64,000 bases of DNA from positions 10,746-74,745 of the forward strand of contig JBMOKQ010000043.1 in assembly GCA_049324295.1 (NCBI GenBank), given 5' to 3'. This DNA is from Bacteroidota bacterium (GTDB lineage Bacteria; Bacteroidota; Bacteroidia; Chitinophagales; Chitinophagaceae). Of this stretch, positions 8,568 through 17,200 are shown piece by piece. The notes beneath the pieces are model-generated. The model saw only the letters and a list, made by a program, of their open reading frames with translations. It searched no databases and was not told where the DNA came from. A program made the position numbers and the translations under genes. The number at the start of each line of letters is the position of its first letter. The first letter of the stretch is position 1.

Positions 8568-8783
8568 CTATGGGTTGTCAATATAAGGCCTGTTTGAAAA
8601 TGGATGACAATCCCTGTATCTCCTTATTGTCTTTTGTGCAGCTTTTATAAAATTATACTTTCTAAAAGCCATGATCCCATAGTTTGAACAACTAGGATAA
8701 TGCAGGCACTTTGAATACTTTCTTCGCTTCGTTTTTTGGTATTTCTTTATAAGAAATATGCAAAGCCAGTTGATCGGTATCAT
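8568..8783 (-). CDS. YidD-like (DUF37) small protein
   Basis: LIKKYQ...CLHYPSCSNYG...RCHPF-like three-Cys pattern of YidD; 71 aa. Confidence 0.7.
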   Translation of the reverse strand: MIPINWLCIFLIKKYQKTKRRKYSKCLHYPSCSNYGIMAFRKYNFIKAAQKTIRRYRDCHPFSNRPYIDNP

Positions 8784-8794
8784 TAGTAACTTTA

Positions 8795-9208
8795 TTATCC
8801 TTTATGACTCAGCTCTGAGTATATTTTCCTGATCTCGTATCCTTTTTCTTTTGTTGGGATGGGAATTGCAATGGTGCCTCCTGATGTACTTATGCGTAGT
8901 TGAAATACTTTTGTAGTGTTACATCCCTTTGAATCCTGGCCTTCAGAAACCTCTATAAAAGAGATCTTGTCAAATGGCAGGTCGCCATCCTTTTCTACAA
9001 AATTTTCAATAGTACCCTTAACCTCCGACACTTTGGTTTTATACATTACACGCCTGTCTGTAAGAGCCAGCCAGTAATTTTCTTTTTGCCCGTTGGAACC
9101 ACAGCCGCCTTTAAAAGCAATAAAGGAGAAATAATAAACCTTTTCTGCCGACATAAGTTGACTTGTTACATCACCCGGAAGCCCTGTAGTAATTTCTGAT
9201 AATGCCAT
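8795..9208 (-). CDS. Hypothetical protein, possible bacterial PH-like domain
   Basis: LALTDRRVMYK and LPFDKISFIE patterns typical of bPH folds; inferred by eye. Confidence 0.55.
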   Translation of the reverse strand: MALSEITTGLPGDVTSQLMSAEKVYYFSFIAFKGGCGSNGQKENYWLALTDRRVMYKTKVSEVKGTIENFVEKDGDLPFDKISFIEVSEGQDSKGCNTTKVFQLRISTSGGTIAIPIPTKEKGYEIRKIYSELSHKG

Positions 9209-9310
9209 TGCCTGTTTATTTTAGTTGTTAGGATTTAGTGATGCCGAAAGTAATTGCTGGTAAACAGGAAATTTTACGGGAAACCATTAACAGAATAAAA
9301 AGATGCATGC

Positions 9311-9520
9311 TTACTTTACATCAAACCGTTGCAGTTCCGATTTGCTGATGATGATCTTTCCATCCTGGCAGTTGATGTCGATGGTATGCCCGGCCTTAAA
9401 ACCGGTATCACGCAGCCATTTGCCGCATAGTAGTATGGTGGGGAAGTATACAGCATTGCCGAGTTCACGGTTAAACCATTTATTGCATACGGTGAGCCGT
9501 CTTGTTTTTGCTGTTGGCAT
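9311..9520 (-). CDS. SymE family type I toxin
   Basis: RRLTV...FPTILLCGKWLRDTGFKAGHTIDINCQDGKIII matches the SymE/AbrB-fold signature; ORF open to 9541. Confidence 0.85.
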   Translation of the reverse strand: MPTAKTRRLTVCNKWFNRELGNAVYFPTILLCGKWLRDTGFKAGHTIDINCQDGKIIISKSELQRFDVK

Positions 9521-9672
9521 ACGGAGTATTTTATGCAGCAAAGCACCATTAGGTAGCCCTTGTATCCTACATAGCCCCCCTGTATTTTACGGGTTATTGT
9601 ATTGTATTTTACAGCTATATTATCCGGATAAATTTTGTAATTTTCCTATTATTATAACCTGAAACTTTTCCT

Positions 9673-10095
9673 ATGCTACACAATACCAATACTAACCATA
9701 AAGTACACGAAGGCCGCAACGTAAAACGGTTTCGTGAAATGCTGGGTATTAAACAGGATGCACTGGCCATTGAGCTTGGCGATGATTGGAACCAGCAAAA
9801 AATTTCTTTATTAGAACAAAAGGAAAGCATTGATGCTCCCCTGCTACAGCAAATTTCCGCTGCATTGAAAATACCGGTAGAGGCGATACAAAATTTTGAT
9901 GAGGAACAGGCGGTGAATATTATTGCGAATACGTTTAATAACAGCGATAGTGCTATTGGTCTTGTCATCAACAACAATAATCCAATAGAAAAAATCATAC
10001 AACTGCATGAAGAGAAGATTGCATTGTATGAAAGAATGTTGAAGGAGAAGGAGGAGATGATGGTGAGGTTGGAGAGGTTGATTGAGAAGAAATAA
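9673..10095 (+). CDS. XRE-family HTH transcriptional regulator
   Basis: HEGRNVKRFREMLGIKQDALA...QQKISLLEQKE; coiled-coil C-terminus. Confidence 0.9.
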   Translation: MLHNTNTNHKVHEGRNVKRFREMLGIKQDALAIELGDDWNQQKISLLEQKESIDAPLLQQISAALKIPVEAIQNFDEEQAVNIIANTFNNSDSAIGLVINNNNPIEKIIQLHEEKIALYERMLKEKEEMMVRLERLIEKK

Positions 10096-10800
10096 ATGGC
10101 TTACCAACCCATCTTTAAATTCATGGCTAAAGAGACCAAAAGAGCAACACCCAAAAAAGCATCACCTGCAAAAAAAGCTGCTGTCAAAAAGAAAGCAACT
10201 CCAAAGCGTTCTGCGGTTAATACTCCTGCTACAGCTTCACGGCGTGTTAAAATAATGATAGGGTCTTCAGTATATGGGTTCGAAGATCAACTTTCTGCAA
10301 TTGTGGCACAACTCACAACGCTGGGCTACGAAGTATTCAATTCGCATTCCGGGAGTATTAAAGTTAATCCTGGAATGTCTAATCTGAACAATTGCCTGGA
10401 AGCTGTAAAAGAATGTGATCTGTTTCTTGGTATTATTCGCCCCTACTGCGGTACAGGCAATATAGGTGACAAAAACATAACTTTTGAAGAAATCAAAGAA
10501 GCTATACGTTTAAAGAAACCATATTGGTTTCTTGTGCATCGGGATGTGGTGTTTGCACGCCTGCTGTTCAGTAAAATAAAGCTAAAAAGCGGCGATGTTA
10601 TTAAGGTAGAATCTAATAAGAATTTTGATCCTTTATCTATCGAAATGTATGAATACGTAATTAAAAAACACGTACCGGTAACACTCCGAAATGGTAATTG
10701 GGCGCAAGAGTTTTTTCGCCTCGATGATATGATGACTTACATCAACACTCAATTTTCAAGCAGAGAGTTTATTGATAATATACTCAGTCAAAACCCATAA
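10096..10800 (+). CDS. DUF4062 domain protein with a Lys/Ala-rich N-terminal tail
   Basis: KIMIGSS...CLEAVKECDLFLGII...G...ITFEEIKEAIRLKKP matches the DUF4062 (TIR/nucleoside-deoxyribosyltransferase-like) pattern. Confidence 0.75.
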   Translation: MAYQPIFKFMAKETKRATPKKASPAKKAAVKKKATPKRSAVNTPATASRRVKIMIGSSVYGFEDQLSAIVAQLTTLGYEVFNSHSGSIKVNPGMSNLNNCLEAVKECDLFLGIIRPYCGTGNIGDKNITFEEIKEAIRLKKPYWFLVHRDVVFARLLFSKIKLKSGDVIKVESNKNFDPLSIEMYEYVIKKHVPVTLRNGNWAQEFFRLDDMMTYINTQFSSREFIDNILSQNP

Positions 10801-10804
10801 AAGC

Positions 10805-12283
10805 ATGGATAACAGTTTTATCATAGACAATTTACTTGACCAGAGGGAAAGTGCAAGACTGGAGTATAAGGAAACAGTTGATCTTGATGCTATTGCAAAA
10901 GCCATTACCGCCTTTATCAATACTAAGGGTGGCGATTTAATAGTTGGAGTAGATGAAACAGGAAAAATTGTAGGAGTACCCAACGTAAATGTTACAGTAC
11001 GCAATATTCAGAACTATCTTGTAGAGCACATTACGCCTACCGCCCCCATCGCTGTTCAGGCCATTACCTATAAAAAAAAATCAGTTGTATTAGTAAGCGT
11101 TTGGGAAGGTGCTAAAAAACCTTATCAGTATAACAGCCTTATCTACGATCGTATTGGCCGTCGTACAACTATCTTAAAATCAGAAAAACTTCCAACACTC
11201 ATTAAACAGCGTAAAGAAGCAGATTTTCATTGGGAGCGTATGCCGGTGTTAGGGGCAGAAATAAAAAGAGACCTTGACATTAAGGAAATAAAAAAGACCA
11301 TACAACTTTACAAAGAATACAACCACGAAAAAATTATTGATACGGAAGATTTTCTGATACAAACCGGATTGATGCAAAATGGCAATATTACCAATGCTTG
11401 TATCGTGCTTTTTGGTAAAAACCCCACAAGGTTCATTCCTCAATCTCGTATCCGGGTAACACTTTATCCAGGCAAAAAATCAGGTAATCAATTTCTGGAT
11501 GATAGAATATTTGAAGGAAATATTTTAAAGAACATCCCTTCTATTTTTGAATATTTCGAAACTGTCTTTGGTAAAATGCTTACTGTGAATGGGCTGGTAA
11601 GAACAGATAAGCGCAACTACCCTGTACTGGCCATGCGTGAAGGTTTATTAAATGCCATTGTACACCGAGACTATAATTCTGTTAATGGGTTTTTACAAGT
11701 CTCAGTTTTTTCAGACCGTACAGAAATAGCCAATTATGGAGCTTTACCCCAAGGCATTACTATTGCCGATTTAAAGGAAGAACATAATTCTATCCTTCGT
11801 AATCCCGACATAGCTCAAATGTGCTTTTACAGAAAATACATAGAAATGTTGGGTAGCGGAACCCTACGCATGGTAAAAGATTGTAAAAACAATAAGTTTA
11901 AGGAACCTGTATGGCAGCAACAACAAAAAATAACTACGGTAGTTTTTGCAGGCGTTTCACATCATAAAAAAATTGAGGGAATAACTGAGGGAATAACTGA
12001 GGGAATAAACAAAACCACCCTAAAAAAGATTGAGGGAATAACTGAGGGAATAACTGAGGGAATAACTGAGGGAATAAAGGATAAAATGAAACAGATGTTG
12101 GCGCTGTTGTATAACAATGAAGGCATCAGAACTGTAGATATGGAAGAGCAGCTTGAAATACCTGCCAAAAGCCTGGAACGATATATTAAAACCTTAAGAG
12201 ATGCCGGCTTGATAGAATACAAAGGCGCCAAAAGAAGCGGCGGATATTACCTGACACGAAAAGTCCAAACTAAATTAAAATAA
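10805..12283 (+). CDS. Schlafen/AlbA_2 domain + RecG C-terminal-like (HATPase_c_4) + winged HTH protein
   Basis: ESARLEYKE...AFINTKGGDLIVGV (AlbA_2); REGLLNAIVHRDY, LRNPDIA, EMLGSG; C-terminal HTH IEYKGAKRSGGY; ORF open from 10772. Confidence 0.88.
   Translation: MDNSFIIDNLLDQRESARLEYKETVDLDAIAKAITAFINTKGGDLIVGVDETGKIVGVPNVNVTVRNIQNYLVEHITPTAPIAVQAITYKKKSVVLVSVWEGAKKPYQYNSLIYDRIGRRTTILKSEKLPTLIKQRKEADFHWERMPVLGAEIKRDLDIKEIKKTIQLYKEYNHEKIIDTEDFLIQTGLMQNGNITNACIVLFGKNPTRFIPQSRIRVTLYPGKKSGNQFLDDRIFEGNILKNIPSIFEYFETVFGKMLTVNGLVRTDKRNYPVLAMREGLLNAIVHRDYNSVNGFLQVSVFSDRTEIANYGALPQGITIADLKEEHNSILRNPDIAQMCFYRKYIEMLGSGTLRMVKDCKNNKFKEPVWQQQQKITTVVFAGVSHHKKIEGITEGITEGINKTTLKKIEGITEGITEGITEGIKDKMKQMLALLYNNEGIRTVDMEEQLEIPAKSLERYIKTLRDAGLIEYKGAKRSGGYYLTRKVQTKLK
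11975..12079 (+). repeat. In-frame 12-bp tandem repeats GAGGGAATAACT (EGIT), tracts of 3 and 4 units
   Basis: 11975-12010 and 12032-12079, directly visible. Confidence 0.95.
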
Positions 12284-12589
12284 TAATGAAAGATGGATTT
12301 ATCTACATATTGAGGGTATTTCTACATTTTGAATTATAACTTACAAGACAGCACAAAGACATCTTGTAACGATGAAAAACCTTAGATTAGTAATGGCTAA
12401 TGGGGAAGATATAAACTCACCTAGTTATAAATGAATAAGCAGCAGAGACTTGGACATTTACCTGGACGTTGTGTCCAAGTAATAAATTAATAACATGAAT
12501 GCCGATACTCAACTTGGGACATTTTATTGATAACTCTAAGAAAATAATTAAGGAATAAAAGGTAGTCAAGTGTAACTTGAAATAAGAAT

Positions 12590-12844
12590 TTAGCCTCTGT
12601 TTATCTGAAGTGTTTTCTTCAAAGATTTAACCACATCCAATAAGGCCTCATCTTGGTCATCCCATTTTGATATGGGTTTGGCATCTTTTGGTAGTGCTTG
12701 ATATTGACTAACAGGAAAGCTATCAAAATCGCATGGACGAATGATTATTGGGATAATCCTAACTAAGCCTTTTTTATAGCGTTCTAAAGCCTTTCTGATC
12801 TCAACATCATTTATACTGGAAAGATGATTTTTTGAAAGTAAAAC
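12590..12844 (-). pseudogene. TIR-domain gene remnant (C-terminal half, no start codon)
   Basis: Hand translation: VLLSKNHLSSINDVEIRKALERYKKGLVRIIPIIIRPCDFDSFPVSQYQALPKDAKPISKWDDQDEALLDVVKSLKKTLQINRG*; in-frame TAG directly upstream. Confidence 0.75.
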
Positions 12845-12973
12845 CTATTGCCAATGAATTTCATCAAACAAATCAGTTTTTAGGTATTGCAAAGCAATTT
12901 GTAACTAAACTAAACAGCTTGATGAAGAATTTGAAGTAAGCAACTGTAATTGCCAACATGGGGTGCAGACCAC

Positions 12974-13190
12974 CTACTCTTCCCCATCATCTTCCCTCTT
13001 CGTCTCCCCCACAAACCCCGAAGCTAAATACGCCGTAAACGTTCCAAACAAGCCAAGACCAACTGTCATCAGCAATGCAGGAATGAATCTGCCTTCGGTA
13101 GTAACAGGAAATTTATCGTCATAATAAACTGTCATAATGGTAACATAAGCCACCAAACGGCATCTTCAGCCGTGTTCTAATATTACTCAT
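12974..13190 (-). pseudogene. Potassium channel (Ion_trans_2) pore-region remnant
   Basis: SNIRT/AEDAVWW/AYVTIMTVYYDDKFPVTTEGR...GLFGTFTAYLAS read across two frameshifts; the TVGYGD filter has decayed to TVYYDD. Confidence 0.8.
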
Positions 13191-14245
13191 TTAGAATACC
13201 ACCATCCAATATTATTTCCTCCTCCAAATCTCGGGCACCGAACTTTATTTCTGGAAGAAGACTCTCCTTTTAGAAAACCCAGAAAGGATAGCGTAATTTC
13301 CATTCCCCCTCTTAACTGTGACGCTGTTCTTAATTGAGATACGTTTATATCATAACTAAGACCAAGCATTAATTTGTATGCTTGGATTTTGAAAGCAGGT
13401 ATTAGAGCATCGTTCCATCGATAGAAAGCACCTAAAGAAAACTTAATATTATCAGCATCATCTAAATAAGAAGTTATAGATGATTCATACAACATTCCTC
13501 CAAACAGTTGCTTATTTCCGGCTTGTTGATAATAGTCTACATAAGCAATAATCTGACTTCGTTCTGTAACAGGCGTACTTAACCCTGCATTAAAAACAAC
13601 CTTTGGTGCCTGGGAGGTATTAGCATCATTATCAAAAAAATTCAATTTGGGTTTATTAAGATGATAAAGCGCCGTGCCAATATAAAATCTGGAATCTTCT
13701 CCATAATTCGATGAGAATACTAGTCCGGCAGATATATCGGTGTAAGATCTGCCTGTATTGGTAAAAGTTTGTGTTGATACATTACCCGGTGAGTAGCTCC
13801 CATTTATAAACTGATCGTCTAACATAGCTTTTGAAGGATCAAAATTACTTTGTACCCTTCCAAGCATGAATGATCCAGATAAGTAGGTATCATTATTATT
13901 ACTTAGCGACTGGTGATAGGTAATTACAGGTAAAATCTGTGTTCGTTTGAGTGCCAGATCACCTGCTTTATCGTACGTCATCTGTAATCCTAATGTATAG
14001 TAACTGTTACTCTGCTCATTAATTGATTTTTTATACTCAACACCAATTGCTCTCGTTTGAAAAGGGGTTGAAATGCTGGCCCATTGATTTCTATAAACGG
14101 AGCTAACTCTGATATCTCCATTAAATATGCCCGATAAAGCTGGATTACGCAACATGGGCATTTCATAAAATTGTGAAAATGAAAAGTCTTGCGATAATAA
14201 AAATACCGGGGAACATAAAAATATTGCTAATAAGACTTTTCTCAT
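13187..14245 (-). CDS. PorP/SprF family T9SS membrane protein
   Basis: QDFSFSQFYEMPMLRNPALSG, YRNQW, GLSYDIN...EI motifs; directly downstream of a type-B CTD substrate. Confidence 0.93.
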   Translation of the reverse strand: MRKVLLAIFLCSPVFLLSQDFSFSQFYEMPMLRNPALSGIFNGDIRVSSVYRNQWASISTPFQTRAIGVEYKKSINEQSNSYYTLGLQMTYDKAGDLALKRTQILPVITYHQSLSNNNDTYLSGSFMLGRVQSNFDPSKAMLDDQFINGSYSPGNVSTQTFTNTGRSYTDISAGLVFSSNYGEDSRFYIGTALYHLNKPKLNFFDNDANTSQAPKVVFNAGLSTPVTERSQIIAYVDYYQQAGNKQLFGGMLYESSITSYLDDADNIKFSLGAFYRWNDALIPAFKIQAYKLMLGLSYDINVSQLRTASQLRGGMEITLSFLGFLKGESSSRNKVRCPRFGGGNNIGWWYSK

Positions 14246-14251
14246 ATTATA

Positions 14252-17200
14252 TTATTTAACTAATGTAATATTCCCTTTGTATGTATAGGTTGTATTGTTT
14301 TCACAAATTACTTCGCAGGTATATATATATACATCTGGAGATGCTTTAACTCCCTTTATAAGTCCATCCCAGCCCTGCGATTTATCATTCGGTTGAAAAT
14401 TTGATTTTTCGAAAATCACTCCTCCCCATCTGTTAAAAATTCTAAATGATTTTACAGAACGAATTCCTGAGGACCTGACCATTAATATATCATTTAATCC
14501 ATCCCCATCAGGTGTAAATACATTTGGAATAAAGACTTGAGCACTTTCGCAGAAAACTTTAATATTAATACTGTCTGCTGCAATACACCCATTCGCCGTT
14601 GTTCCCTTTACAGTATAGGTGATATTATTTTTAATAGTTGCTATTGGAAGTGGACATGTATTACAGTTGATATTATTATTGGGTTTCCATTCCCACTCAG
14701 CAACCGGCCCGTTTGTTATTATACTATTTAAAGGAAGTAAAGTGCCGGTTGCGAGGAGTCTGTCAGGACCAAGATCGATAGATAATGAAGGGTAAACCCT
14801 TATAGGAAGCCTTATGGTATCAGCACAGCTATAAATGGTAGTAGCTACAAAAATAGTTAGATAATTTCCCGGAAATTGAAAAACAGTAGGCGCATTTATA
14901 GTTGCAATTGTAGATCCGGAAGAGAAATTCCAAACAGTACTTTTAATTGGATCAAGTGAAAAAACATTTGCTGCAAAGGGAACTACCTGACCAACACAGG
15001 CAATAGAGTCCTTATTAGTATTAATTTGGGGAATATCCCAGATTGTAATTGGTATAGACTTACGAATCGTATCTCTGCAACCACTATTTCCTTCAGTAAT
15101 TTGTCTTACCTGCCAGGTACTAGGTGCATTGTATATATGGGTGGGATTTCTATCGTTACTATTACTTCCATCTCCAAAATCCCACCGTATTGATTTAACT
15201 CCATAAAAAGCTGTAGACCGATCTGTAAAAGCTACAATAGTGTTTCCGCAAGCCTGCTCAATTGCGTGTGTAAATCCACCCGTAACATCATCCACTCTTA
15301 TAGAATCAATACCATTTAGCCGACTTCTACACTTTCCTTCTGGTCCTGCAAGTAGGTCAACGGTTGGATAATATGGCCCTGCTGCAGCATATTTATGGTA
15401 AATAATTTTCTCAGTTGAGACCAACACATTGCCATCCCCAAAACTCCATCGAATAGAATCTACACCTGGAGCCGCCACCTCAAATCTTGCTGCATCACTT
15501 AAACATAATGGAGAAGTATTATGTTGAAAAATTCCTTTGGGCCCGGTTATTGTAACATTTTTTGTTGCCTCAAACCTACATCCGCCCGGATATTGCGCCG
15601 TCATAATCACCTGGAAAGTACCTGTTGACCTGTAAGTATGCGAAACCTCATCACCTTCATTGAATGCACCATCACCAAAATTCCATGTTGTTTTTTTAGA
15701 AGGCAGAACCAGATTAGTAAAAGTTACATCAAATGGGAAACAGGTTCCAACACTATCTGACATTAAAAAATTCCCAACAGAAGGTCTAACAAAAATGTAG
15801 ACCAAAGAACTGACTTTTATACAAGGAGATACAATCACAAGTCTTCTTACAAATATTGTTGACAATGGTGTCATATTTAAATTAGCTCCGGTTTGACCCG
15901 GGATATCGACCCAATCAGTCTTACCATCTTTACTTTGTTGCCATTGATAATCGAAAACATTATAAGCCCCGATTGGCAATTGACCCGCAATGGCAACTGC
16001 TTGTCCCGGGCAAACAGTCAGAGAGGTAGTGTCAATAATATTATTAAAATCAGGAACTACTTCTATAGGAATTACTGATGTATCTGATAAATTACACCCT
16101 CTTGATACACCTGCCGAAATTGAAATGATTCTGGCAGAAAAACTTTTTTGAATATTTAAAAAACGAATCGTAGTTGAGGTTACAGGCGTGTCTACCCAAT
16201 TAACAGAAATAGCAGGATTGAATGAATATTGCCATTTTGAAACCACACCTCGAAATGTATTTCCTGTATTGATGGTGATATCATTACCAACACAAGCCTT
16301 AATAGCTGAAGCAACAAGAGGACCTGTTATTGGTTTATCGAACACAATTACTTCCATTGTATCTCTTGTTGTTACACAGGCATTATTATTAATTGACCAT
16401 GATAATCGATAAGTACCAGGTCTATTGAAAACAAATACAGAAGTCGGACTGTTTGGATTGCGTATAATACTTGAACTTCCGGAGGGGGCTGGGCTAAGTA
16501 ATGTCCAGGTACCAGTTTCAAATGTTGGATTTAAAAGATTATTACCTGAAAGTGTTACGGAATCATTGCCAGAAGTGAATGAGCAAACAATTTTATCTGA
16601 TCCTGCATTTGAATTTGTCATAGTGGGTGTATTCACTATTTCAACCTCATCTGAAGAACTAGGACAAGCCCCTGGACCGCTTATCACCCAACTAAATTTA
16701 TATGTTTGCCCGGGTTGTAACCCGGTAATCTGGGTATTACGCAATGAAGGATTTGTGATTATCATAGCAGGTCCTAATGTCTGGTTCCAGACACCTGTTC
16801 CGAAAGATGGTGCATTGCCGTCTAAATTTGTTACTGTTTGATTACATAATCTCTGATCTGTTCCAGCATTTGAAGGTGTAACCGCAGGTACAACAGTAAT
16901 AGTAGTTGCCGTAGAATTACCTTGTGGGCAAACACCACTTTGTACAACAGCTCTATACAAAGTTGTTGTTGTTAAATTTAAATAACTCAGAGATGTTGTT
17001 GTATTATTAATACTAGTCCAGCTAGAGCCATTATTAACAGAACGTTCCCAGCGTATGACAGAGCCTGTTTGACCAGACAAGTTTACTGTCCCACTATTTC
17101 CCGTAATACAAACTGTCGCATTGCTGGATGTAACTCCGGGCACAGTTGTTAAAGATGTATTTACTTGTGTAATTGCACTAACTGCCTCATTTGTACATGA

